This document shows positions 38,661-48,386 of a stretch of 64,000 nucleotides of DNA, one piece after another (position 1 is the first letter of the stretch; every line of letters starts with the position of its first letter). The position numbers and the translations under genes are program-made. The stretch covers positions 13,702,001 through 13,766,000 of the forward strand of contig OZ116701.1 of the NCBI GenBank assembly GCA_964199315.1, written 5' to 3'. The notes under the pieces were generated by a model. The model had not been told where the DNA came from, ran no database searches, and saw nothing but the letters and a program-made list of their open reading frames with translations. The DNA comes from Orbicella franksi (Eukaryota).

Positions 38661-39034
38661 CGAAAACGAAGACCCCCTAGAAAACGAAGACCTCCTAGAA
38701 AACGAAGACCTCCTGGAAAACGAAGACCCCCTAGAAAAAGAAGACCCCCCTAGAAAACGAAGACCCCCTAGAAAACGAAGACCCCCTAGAAAAAGAAGAC
38801 CCCCTAGAAACAGAAGACCTCCTAGAAAACGAAGACCTCGAAAAACGAAGACCCCCTAGAAAACAAAGACCTCCTAGAAAACGAAGACCCCCTAGAAAAC
38901 GAAGACCTCGAAAAACGAAGACCCCTTAGAAAACAAAGACCTCGTAGAAAACGAAGACCCCTTAGAAAACGAAGACCCCCTAGAAAACGAAGACCCCTAG
39001 AAAACGAAGACCTCGAAAACGAAGACCCCCTCGA
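38661..39034. repeat. Minisatellite, ~21 copies of an ~18-bp unit (AAAACGAAGACCCCCTAG); inverted degenerate copies at ~39200-39270
   Basis: Direct reading of the tandem units. The reverse-oriented ctagggggtcttcgttttc...ctagacaccc downstream suggests one TIR-type element. Confidence 0.92.
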
Positions 39035-39279
39035 AATTCTATCAGTGAGGCGAAAGATCGATGACACAACGCTTCGTTCGGTCACGTACTGACAATGTTA
39101 AATTGAACTTAGCAGAAATTCAGATGAAATATAACTGATCTTTGCCCTGTGGAAACAGCCAAATAGGGAAGGGGGGTCATCCCGAGTTTCCCAACCAATG
39201 CTAGGGGGTCTTCGTTTTCGTGGGGGTCTTTGCTTTCGAGGGGTCCTCGGTTTTCGCTCTCTAGACACCCAGAATACAG

Positions 39280-41641
39280 CTGCCAAGAATCAACAGCAAC
39301 CACCAAAGGGAAGCGAACCAAAACAAAATGTTTTGCGACTGATACCGAATGCGGGTAACGCGAGTGATCTTCTGTTCGGGCTTTGTTTTAAATGCCATAA
39401 ATAGGGCCATTTTATGGCAGATTGTAAACAAACGTCTACGGGGTCGGGAAGCAAAGCAACGCGTAATCGAGGCTGCGGGTCGAGCATCGATCGGGAAACT
39501 CGGAATGACGCCAAAAATTAAAGAAAATATCAAGACTGCTGTTGGAACTCATAGTGTTTCTTGTGACAGTGCTGGTTATGTATCTGGTCGTGTTGGGGGG
39601 CAACCTGTTGACATGTTGGTTGATACTGGTTCAGCATTGACGCTTATACACTGTCGTCTGTTTGAAAAAGCAAAAACTGATTTCAAATTGGGCATGGTTA
39701 GTGAAACAGCGGTATCCGCAAATGGCCAACCATTAGACATTAAGAGAAAACGCGAGTTTTTCTTGGTGGGGCGAGTGTTGTTCACCCAGTGTTAGTGAGC
39801 GCAGACGTGACGCAAGAATGTTTGCTTGGGATAAATTTCCTGTGCAAGAATAATACCACAATTGAAATGGGAAATCAATTAAAATTGCCAAAGAAGTTGT
39901 GGGCCTCAAGGATAAAAATGAATTGTCAAAAGTTTTTCTAATATGTTTCAGAGACTGTTGTGGTCCCCGGTCGTCATGAAATGATATTACCGCCTAAGTT
40001 TAAGGAGTCTGTGTGTGGTGATGGTGTACTAGGAATAGTTGAGCCATCTCCGGGTTTAGCCGAACAACATGATCTCTTGTTGGCCCGAGTGGCACAAGCT
40101 CCAGTGACTCTCTATCAGACCACCTCTGTTGGTACCTTTCAGTGAAGACAAGGAGGCAGACAAAGCCATTGGTGTCAGAACATTTCGACCTGGGCACCAT
40201 GAACTTGACTAGCATGTAGACGAAATAACTCGCCAGCCTCTTGGACAAGTTCATGGATATCTTCTCATCGGGCCCACGAGACCTTGGATGGACAAGTATT
40301 GTGCAGCACCATATTGATACTGGAGATCACCCTGGTATTAAGCAAACACCAATACACTAACAGGGGACAGTACGCGAACATGTACACAACATGACAGGTC
40401 CTTGGGCCACAGTCCTTGGGCCACACTGATTGTTCTGGTCAAGAAAAAAGAAAACAAAAAAGGAAAAATAGTGGCTATTGGCGGGTCGAGGTAGACGTTG
40501 CTGACCATAAGAAGACAGCATTCATGACCCGCCAAGGTCTCTTCAAATTCCAGGTAATGCCTTTTATCTCTGCAATGCTCTAAGAACCTTCTAGAGACTT
40601 CGTCCTAACTGGGGTACGGTGGTAGACATGTCTGGTCTACCTGGACGATGCCATTGTGTATAGTCAAGAGTTTGACGAGCACTTAGGAGACTATTTCACG
40701 AAATGGAAACAGGTGTTTGCTATTCCGAACCAGGAAGCAAAGACTGTTGTGGAGAAGCTGGTAAAAGAAGTCATTTCCAGGTATGGAGCACCAGAAAAGA
40801 TCCATTCAGACCAGGGCCGGAACTTTGAAGCCCAGCTACTCCAGGAAATGTGTGTCTTGTTCAACATGGACAAGACCAGAACCTCTCCATACCACCCAGA
40901 AAGTTATAGAATGGTTGAGCGAATGAACCATATTTTGCAAGACATTTTGGCCAAGTATGTGTCCAATCATCAGTATGACTGCCAGGAGCACCTACCGCAG
41001 GTGATGATGGCCTACCGTTCCAGTGTACACACATCCCCATGAGTTATGATTGCCAGTTGATGTCATGCTTGGACAACAACCAAGCCACCAGAACGAAGTT
41101 TCAGAGTATGAAAGGAACTTGCGCGACACCCTAGAAGTCCAGAAGCATGCCAGGGAGCAGCTCCAAGCTGCCCAGAAACATCAGAAGGACCACTACGGTC
41201 AGCAAACTGCTAAAGAGCAAATCGAGGTTGGCGATCGCGTTTTGCTTCGTGACCCAGTAGTAAAGAAAGGGCATTCAAAGAAGCTCTAGTCACCATGACA
41301 AGGTCTTTACATATTAGACTAGGATTGGTGATGTGACCTATCGTATCCAGGCAGAAGACATCCCCACGAAGAGGAAAGTGGCGCATTTCAACCCCATGAA
41401 ACTCTGTGGTGTGCCTAACCCGGTGGATCATCAGAACAGCCCTAATCAGACTGCTAGTGCAGAGCCTAACACTCCAGGGCAAAGACCGCATGTTCCACTC
41501 CGTATGTTCATGATGAAAGTGATTTCATGTACATGGATGAAGCAGCTCTGAATGCCCTGAATGTTTCCAGGAACGGCATCTGCAGTAAATAGTAGACGGA
41601 CCTAGATGCGAAGTTAGACCGTCAACATGGATGAGAGACTT
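39280..41641 (+). mobile_element. Decayed Gypsy/Ty3 LTR retrotransposon (gag knuckle, protease, RT, integrase remnants)
   Basis: CFKCHK*GHFMADC CCHC knuckle (39384-39425); LVDTGS protease (39622); YLDD (40638); integrase IHSDQGRNFE...TSPYHPES...VERMN. The order PR-RT-IN is Gypsy-type. Many stops and deletions; LTRs not identified. Confidence 0.88.
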
Positions 41642-41766
41642 GATCGGTGGTTTTCTTAGTTTATTGATTTAAGCTCAAGACACTTTGTGTAAGCCTTTGT
41701 TGTTAAAGTATCCGTGGAAATATTCCTCCTATGCGACGTGTGGAATATAAAATATAGGACCATATA

Positions 41767-42196
41767 AGTAGTATAGCACAGCGATATACACACACTAACC
41801 AATGAGAAAGCCCCATTTAGCACACGTGACACATATAGACCAATCACAACACTCGGATTTTACACGTGACTTTTAATAGAGAACAATGGACTACGTCACA
41901 ACTTCTCATAATCTATTTCCTGAAAGTGTTAACTGGAAAAAGTAAATAGAGGGATTATACCTCAACTGTAGGATAAACCAACAACCGAAATAGAATCCCT
42001 AGATTTACTTACCAATTACAACATTACAACTTTCTCATAATCTATTTCCCATAAGTGCGTAACAACTTCCAACGCTATCAACCGTAAGTCTGTAGCGCAA
42101 CCAAACACTGTGCTGCAGACTTACGGTCAACAGAGGTCTGGAAGAGGAATTCATTAGTGTTCACAGTACTTTCTTGACTTTATTTCCTAAAAGTGT
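41767..42196 (+). repeat. Putative left terminal inverted repeat region of the Polinton
   Basis: AGTAGT terminus; two CCAAT and two CACGTG motifs; three ctcataatctatttcc-like sub-repeats. The TIR length cannot be fixed without the right end. Confidence 0.6.
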
Positions 42197-43369
42197 TCAC
42201 AGTCTCACAAACGGAACTCCAGTCGAGTTTGCCACGGCTTCGACAATCCTACTTGGGTTGACCACGGCGGCTTCGATGATGACAGTCGATGTTGTTGGAG
42301 GTGGACTGACTGCTCGTGGAGGGGTGTCTGTTGGTGTTGTTTGTGGTGATCGTGGTGATCGTGGTGATGATTGGTTACTGTCTTCATCAGGTGGAGGATC
42401 CATGTCAAATGGATTTTCGTCTTGTCCAATAATTACTGTGTGAGGAGGGGGGATGATTAAGGGTTCCCCACGTGTGTCTGATGCTCTTCCGTCGTCTGTG
42501 TAAAAGGATGCTCTTGCTGATATTGATCCAAAGGACAAAAGAACTGGAGTTGGAACGAGTCTGGAGCGACGTGGACTTGTGAATAAACTTCGATTTGCTT
42601 CTTGAAGCGCTTGGAATATGTTTCGGTCTGTTACTGAACCTGTGTAGGGGGCGTCTTCAGGATATGGAGTGGTGCTGTAGTTTCGAGTGATCAGGATATC
42701 TTGTACACTCACATCATTCTCTCTGGCTTGATTAGGATCCGTTACATAGGCGAATCGATACTTTACGAAACTTAGACATAATTCTAGAGCTGAAGGAATC
42801 ATTCTTTCGAGTATCTTGTAAACTGCGATTCTATAATTATAAACCCAAAATACTTGACCTATTACATTGGCATGAATGTAAATACCATGAAAAGGAGAAT
42901 TGTGATCTCTTTGTGTCAATATGAAACTTTTCATTTTTTCTAAGAATTCATTAAAAACTTCAGAAGAAATATTATGTGGAAATGCTCTCCAACTTAAACT
43001 TCTTCTTGTGTGTATGATACTTGCTCTTCTTGAGATCAGGAATAAGTTGATGGCTGTTATGCTGTCATTGCGTCGAGCACGTAGGGTTAATTCTTCTAGG
43101 TTTAGTGAATTGTCACGGTTTCGCCGACCAACGACTCTTGAACGACGTCGGGTACTTGAAGGTATTGTGCGACAGTTTCCACACATTCTTGTTTCGTTCT
43201 TTGATCTGAGGTGACATGACTTGTGTAAATATTTTCCACAGCATGTTTGCCGTTTACAGTCTAAAATTTCAGTTTTCAGAATGTCTTCTAAACAAATGAA
43301 GCAGCGATCTAATTCTTCTTCTTCGGGTGGAATATTGAGTTGTCTCAGGCTACGTCTTACTTGTGACAT
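42197..43369 (-). CDS. Polinton accessory protein, N-terminal RING-like domain, Pro/Ser/Thr-rich C-terminus, 390 aa
   Basis: CFICLED...TCCGKYLHKSC...CGNC. Confidence 0.7.
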   Translation of the reverse strand: MSQVRRSLRQLNIPPEEEELDRCFICLEDILKTEILDCKRQTCCGKYLHKSCHLRSKNETRMCGNCRTIPSSTRRRSRVVGRRNRDNSLNLEELTLRARRNDSITAINLFLISRRASIIHTRRSLSWRAFPHNISSEVFNEFLEKMKSFILTQRDHNSPFHGIYIHANVIGQVFWVYNYRIAVYKILERMIPSALELCLSFVKYRFAYVTDPNQARENDVSVQDILITRNYSTTPYPEDAPYTGSVTDRNIFQALQEANRSLFTSPRRSRLVPTPVLLSFGSISARASFYTDDGRASDTRGEPLIIPPPHTVIIGQDENPFDMDPPPDEDSNQSSPRSPRSPQTTPTDTPPRAVSPPPTTSTVIIEAAVVNPSRIVEAVANSTGVPFVRL

Positions 43370-43537
43370 GTTTGTGGTGGATTGTGAGAGTATTTTGATT
43401 TTGAGTGGTTTTTTTATATGGTTTGTTTGTATCGTTTCTAAAAATAAAAATTACAAAAAGGGGGGATGGGGGGTATCCCCCCTGAATGAATGTTTTAAAA
43501 AATTGTTTACGTTTTTGGTTCGTCGAGTTCTCATTGG

Positions 43538-43954
43538 TTGTTTGAGGAACGAGACGCATATGTAATGGCTCCTCCTAGAGCACGTTCAGAGATCATGGCT
43601 GACTATTTTCGTTTTCAACAATTACTGGATGACGAGGAAGCACGTTTTGGATACAAGTTGAAGAGAATCGGTTATGTTAGGGAAAAGTTTAAAGAGAACG
43701 ATAAGATGTTGGCTAATCTACGAGTGAGGGAGAGTAATTTTTTGAAAGCATTGGGATCTATTGACAGGATCAGACGTTCTTTGATCAGAATCTACGATGC
43801 AATAACGAAGCATGATGAGGATTATGCGACCAACGATGATGGAGAAATCAATCGACCAGATGATTGGGTTCAGAGGGGAATTCACATACGATGTACAGCG
43901 GAGAACAATTTAGACAACATTGATTACCACATCAAAAGACTTTATTTGATTTAA
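43538..43954 (+). CDS. Polinton hypothetical helical/coiled-coil protein (probable ATG at 43560)
   Basis: Open frame of 138 codons with protein-like composition; no recognisable motif. Confidence 0.55.
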   Translation: MFEERDAYVMAPPRARSEIMADYFRFQQLLDDEEARFGYKLKRIGYVREKFKENDKMLANLRVRESNFLKALGSIDRIRRSLIRIYDAITKHDEDYATNDDGEINRPDDWVQRGIHIRCTAENNLDNIDYHIKRLYLI

Positions 43955-43972
43955 CATGTTAAAGTGTGAAAA

Positions 43973-44527
43973 TTATATGTCGTATAACCATCTCCAGAAA
44001 GCGTGACACTCTTGAACTGAACAGTGACCTTTTTTGCTATTTTTTCTACAAAGACAATTATGAAAACCGCAACTTTTAATCTTAGGTATCATGGCTAAGT
44101 GATCATATTTAGGACAACTGATTAATTCTAAATTAAAACTTGGAATGTTCAGTTCGTCGAGGATGTCTTTTTCGACTCGTCCTCCTTTGTATGCAATCAA
44201 TGTTCTTTTTCCCGTACAGTATTTGGAATAAAGTCTCTGTATTACGTCACGTACTTTGTCTTGACTTAATGCTTCTTCTTCAGGGTCTGGTTCCTACGGG
44301 AGACCACAAACGTTCCTGTTCACGTGTCTGACTGTTTTTCTGTCTTGAATCCAAAGGTTCCTGTAGGGTATGCCAGTGTCGAAGGCTATCCTCCCGTAGT
44401 TACAGTCGTGTGTACAGTATCCAAGTTCTCGTACATAAAATGTTCCTTTAAGTGAATTTCCTTTTAAATTGTAACCATCTAAGTCTAATATGAAACAAAC
44501 TTGTTCTCTTACTTTTTGTTTTTGCAT
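43973..44527 (-). pseudogene. DEDD/DnaQ-like exonuclease-type Polinton protein split by one in-frame TAG (44294-44296)
   Basis: ORFs 44294-44527 and 43973-44200 share one frame with no other stop. Motifs ILDLDGY...VRELG, IAYKGGRVEKD, HCSVQEC. Confidence 0.55.
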
Positions 44528-44560
44528 GATGTTTGGGAGCTCTACTCACTTGTTGCGTCC

Positions 44561-45385
44561 TTAATTCGGGTCTGATCGGTTGTGACTGGCACGGTACTTG
44601 ATGGGTCCACCTTTTTGTACGCATGGTGGAGGATAGCGCTCGGCGCCTGGGTCTGGTATTTGCGTGAACACCCTGAGGTCATCTCCCTCAGGACAACTTC
44701 GGTCAACCCTCTTTACCATGTAGTCCTCGTTGTTCATTCGCACTTTTTTCCAGTAGGCTGCTGTTTGAGGGTCTTTGATATCTGTTAATCGCATGTCGAT
44801 GTCTTGCTGTGGGGTCGGTTTGAACTCTTTCAGTGGTTGTTTTCCTCTCCAAACGGACTTCTTATCCTCAACAGTAACTTCTTTCTCTGGGTCTTCGACC
44901 TTTCTTTGAGGTTTTGGTTTTTCCGCTTCTTCATTTATCCACCTTGCCATTTTATCAGATGGATTTTTATCGGCCCAATTGAAGAAGTCACACTTCTTCT
45001 TACGGCAGCCAAAGTACATTCGACCTGGATTCTTCTCGGATTTGGATATCTTGAGGATGAGGGGGTTTCTGCAGAAGCACTTATTTTTATACTCAAGGTT
45101 TTTCAGCCAGAATTGTGCTACTTGCTTTTCAAATTGCTCTTGGTAGTTTGCTACTTTGTCAGCTCCACAACACACGAGGCAGTCCTTTTGAGGACACCTA
45201 TAGTACTCCCAGGGACCATAGCGGGTTTCAATAATGTTGAACTCCAACAGATAGGTTGGATGCTTGGGACATATGTACACCCGTGTACGCTCGTCTAGCT
45301 CTTCCATTTCTGCTTGCATTCTTTGGTTTAAATCTGCCATGTAGACTTCGGGATTGAACTCAAGGGGGACTTCCTCCACAGTCAC
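44561..45385 (-). CDS. GRF-type zinc-finger protein (true start uncertain)
   Basis: CFCRNPLILKISKSEKNPGRMYFGCRKKKCDFFNWAD is a GRF finger, preceded by a second Cys/His cluster. The frame is open ~55 codons upstream of the GTG. Confidence 0.75.
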   Translation of the reverse strand: MTVEEVPLEFNPEVYMADLNQRMQAEMEELDERTRVYICPKHPTYLLEFNIIETRYGPWEYYRCPQKDCLVCCGADKVANYQEQFEKQVAQFWLKNLEYKNKCFCRNPLILKISKSEKNPGRMYFGCRKKKCDFFNWADKNPSDKMARWINEEAEKPKPQRKVEDPEKEVTVEDKKSVWRGKQPLKEFKPTPQQDIDMRLTDIKDPQTAAYWKKVRMNNEDYMVKRVDRSCPEGDDLRVFTQIPDPGAERYPPPCVQKGGPIKYRASHNRSDPN

Positions 45386-46073
45386 CGAAGGATTGATGAT
45401 GTAATTCGATACAGGTTTGACACTCGTGGATGGGTCTGCTGTTTCCTGTGTGATGGCAGGTTCTGTTTGGTCTGCGAAAAAAAGTGTTCCAAGGATAAAT
45501 ATTATGTTTTTGAAATGTTCTTTCGATATGATCCTTTTTATGTTGTTTCATATTTTCTTTTCGGGCTGGATAACTTTTTTTTGTCTTTTTTCTCGATTGG
45601 ATTATTTGTTGTGCACATTCAGTGTTTGTTCTGTGACATGCGTAAATCCATCCTTCAGTGATCAGTTGAATCCCGATCAGGTATTTTTCCTCTTTCTTAC
45701 ACAGTTTTCCGTTTTTTTTGTTGATTTTCTTTTTCTTTGGAGGAGGAATTGGTCTTACTTGAAATCTGCTTGTAGGTTGTAGCCATTTTGTTATGTTACT
45801 TTGCTCACCTTCTTTGGATACTTTTGACTTGGGTTGTTTTTCTGTGCTGAGCTTTTTTCTCTTTCGCTTGGAAGACTCAAATGGTTGTACGTGTTTTGAA
45901 GACATCTGTAGACTGTTGGTCTTATCGTCTTCTTCGTATTCTTCCAATTTCACCATGTTTTGAATGGACTCCATGTCTGCAATGAAAGAAGAGTGAAAAT
46001 GTTGAACATGATTAAGCTTTTTTATAATAATGAGTATCCAATCAGCAATGAGATTTATATTCTGACCATTCAC
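45360..46073 (-). CDS. Polinton hypothetical Lys-rich protein
   Basis: Long open frame with NLS-like KRKRKK and PPPKKKK. May be frameshift-joined to the GRF ORF. Confidence 0.45.
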   Translation of the reverse strand: MNGQNINLIADWILIIIKKLNHVQHFHSSFIADMESIQNMVKLEEYEEDDKTNSLQMSSKHVQPFESSKRKRKKLSTEKQPKSKVSKEGEQSNITKWLQPTSRFQVRPIPPPKKKKINKKNGKLCKKEEKYLIGIQLITEGWIYACHRTNTECAQQIIQSRKKTKKSYPARKENMKQHKKDHIERTFQKHNIYPWNTFFRRPNRTCHHTGNSRPIHECQTCIELHHQSFGDCGGSPP

Positions 46074-46109
46074 AACACTTCATGACCAAATATGGAAATC
46101 GAGTATACA

Positions 46110-46140
46110 CCAATCAGAACGAATCTTTTCTCTATATAAG
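46110..46140 (+). promoter_or_regulatory. CCAAT box and TATA box upstream of ORF 46204
   Basis: ccaat at 46110-46114 and tatataag at 46133-46140, ~65 bp before the ATG, in a divergent intergenic gap. Confidence 0.5.
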
Positions 46141-46203
46141 AGATGAGCTTTTTTCTTTTCGTTACACTTGGAAAAATTTTGACAGTGAAGTCTGAAAAAA
46201 AAA

Positions 46204-47022
46204 ATGTCTAACAGTGAGACACCAGTGAAGACTGAAGAGAAGACTAAAGAGAAGACCCTTGAGGACTATCATGTCTTTTGCAAACTTGCAGCCTTCCAAT
46301 TGTACTTGGGAAGTGCAAGGGATAACCTACGAGCTCTTCAAAGGTTGAAGAGAAACGAAGACAAGATGTATCACCTAGAGTTTGGTGTGGCCTCTCCTAT
46401 CTATCACTTTCTACAGAGGCAGTTGTCTGAGTGGGGTAAGGACGGTCATCACTTGGTACCGTCGAAAGACGATATCGAAAAGTTTGGACCCACTCTACTC
46501 TTCAACAAACAGCAGGTGAATGAAAGAGAACTGAATGACTACAATGGAAATAAATTCCCAATTCACAAGAGCCGAGAGTTGAAGAAAGAAGACCTGAATG
46601 ATATTGAAGAGGATTTGGATAAGTGGGTTTGTGATTTCAAGGAGAAGCTTGACAAGCATAAGGCAACGCAGTTCAGAGACGAACAGCACCGTCGGTTTAA
46701 CTTGGAGTTTGGTTTGGTGTCGGGTTTGTACTATCGACTGCAGCGTCACTTGATCGACTGGGGCATACGTTCTCACCATCCTGATCTGGATTCAGTGGCT
46801 ACCTATTATGATTCGATAGGTGCAAAGTTCAATAATGAACCGATACGAGAAAACAATGTGTTGTCAGTGGAAACTTATGAGGTGACCCGTGAAGAGGAAG
46901 AAGAGGCAATAGAGGCAGAGGCAAAGGAAGAAGAAGCAAAGAAAGATGAGGTTTGTCAACAACCCTTTCTGTTATCCAAGACGGTGGATGAAGATGAGAA
47001 CCTTCAGTGCATTCCCATGTGA
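46204..47022 (+). CDS. Polinton hypothetical protein with an internally duplicated domain, 272 aa
   Basis: YHLEFGVASPIYHFLQRQLSEWG vs FNLEFGLVSGLYYRLQRHLIDWG. Confidence 0.7.
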   Translation: MSNSETPVKTEEKTKEKTLEDYHVFCKLAAFQLYLGSARDNLRALQRLKRNEDKMYHLEFGVASPIYHFLQRQLSEWGKDGHHLVPSKDDIEKFGPTLLFNKQQVNERELNDYNGNKFPIHKSRELKKEDLNDIEEDLDKWVCDFKEKLDKHKATQFRDEQHRRFNLEFGLVSGLYYRLQRHLIDWGIRSHHPDLDSVATYYDSIGAKFNNEPIRENNVLSVETYEVTREEEEEAIEAEAKEEEAKKDEVCQQPFLLSKTVDEDENLQCIPM

Positions 47023-47167
47023 CTAGCACGTGATCACCAGGCTCGACCAATCACTGGCATTAGACTCAATCTACCAATCCACTCTGTTATGACTTGTAAT
47101 ATATTAGATTCATTTGACGGTAAATCTCAGTCTTGTCCTATCTACTCTTCAGTGACACTAGTCGGAG

Positions 47168-47419
47168 TTGCACGTTAGATTTCAGTTTTGCATTATGTCT
47201 TGTTTTGCTAACAGCGTGAAGAACTGTGAGGGTGATGTTATCCTGTACACCAATAGTAATCAGATTTATGACTTGGTCAAGGATTACGTTGAGATTGCAG
47301 TGCATCCGATGATTGGGAGTTTGGAGGGACCAGACAAGGGTGATCTGTTCATCTTTGACTTTTTGCACAAACATTTTGCTGATGATTTCAAGATGAAAGT
47401 GCAGATTTGGAGGAAATGA
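47168..47419 (+). CDS. Polinton hypothetical protein, 83 aa
   Basis: ATG-initiated and in tandem with the following ORFs; no motif. Confidence 0.45.
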   Translation: MHVRFQFCIMSCFANSVKNCEGDVILYTNSNQIYDLVKDYVEIAVHPMIGSLEGPDKGDLFIFDFLHKHFADDFKMKVQIWRK

Positions 47420-47892
47420 GACCTTCATGGAAAGGTACCGTCATCCCCTTCATCCTACAACAGCATCAACCTGGTGGAAATCCTAATGGTTTGTTCTTTT
47501 TTGATACCATGTGGCACGATGTGAGCCACGACATTGAAACGAATACCATCCATTTCACTAAATCTGCTTACGAACCAACAGAAATCGGTAGAGGGGATAT
47601 CTTGTTTGCCACACAGCCTCTTGTTTGGAATAGCAAAAATGCCATTGAAGAGCTTCTCACACCAGCTCGTCGAGCTCATCACATCTCGACCAATGTGACT
47701 CACAGGATTTCCAATCAGAGCAACAACTGGGTATTCAAGTTACCTACACCCTGTACCGATTATGAACTTGGTGTCTCTATTGAGAACACTTTCGTCTCAT
47801 TGTTTCAGAACATTGAAACGTGGAAAGACCGTTTTTTTTTACCCGAAGGAGTGAGGACGAAAGCTCGTGTGTTGAGTGTGAGGAGAGTTTGA
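47407..47892 (+). CDS. Polinton hypothetical protein, ~161 aa
   Basis: Open frame with protein-like composition. Confidence 0.5.
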   Translation: MEEMRPSWKGTVIPFILQQHQPGGNPNGLFFFDTMWHDVSHDIETNTIHFTKSAYEPTEIGRGDILFATQPLVWNSKNAIEELLTPARRAHHISTNVTHRISNQSNNWVFKLPTPCTDYELGVSIENTFVSLFQNIETWKDRFFLPEGVRTKARVLSVRRV

Positions 47893-48083
47893 GAAAAGCT
47901 TTGTATTGTAGTGACTATGATGAAGCCTTAAAATGGCGTCCCAAATGTGAAAATGGCAGAAAACAATGTAAATATTTTCAATCTGATGTTTTTGACGTTG
48001 AAGATGCTACGGTTACACTTAATTTTTTGATCAGAGGTGGATTGTAAATACGAATGTTTGTTTGATTAAAGTCATTTAACAAC

Positions 48084-48386
48084 ATGGGTTCATTCTTGTC
48101 TCATTACTCTCGTGAGGATTGGAATGATACGTGTGATAAATGTAGAAGAATTCTTCTTGAATGCAAAGAAGATGAATTCAAACTTGTACCAAATGAGTAC
48201 AGTTGTGACCCCGTTTATGAGTTTGAGGAACTGAGACCTTTGGAGGGTAGCGTTTTCAGGTTCATCGTCTTTTGTCTTTGGCTAGAAAAGCAACCGTTGT
48301 CCTATTATCAGTGCCAAAGAATCATAGCAGCTCATCCTTACGCTTGGAAAATTTCCGTCTTTCGTGTGAATTTCTGTACACCATGA
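48084..48386 (+). CDS. Polinton small protein with N-myristoylation-like start (MGSFLS), 100 aa
   Basis: Good Kozak context (aacATGG), MGxxxS and a CxxC. Its stop overlaps the integrase ATG. Confidence 0.55.
   Translation: MGSFLSHYSREDWNDTCDKCRRILLECKEDEFKLVPNEYSCDPVYEFEELRPLEGSVFRFIVFCLWLEKQPLSYYQCQRIIAAHPYAWKISVFRVNFCTP

Noticed and set aside
38661-39034. CRISPR array
   Set aside because: The units are contiguous 15-19-bp tandem repeats without unique spacers, there are no cas genes, and the context is eukaryotic.
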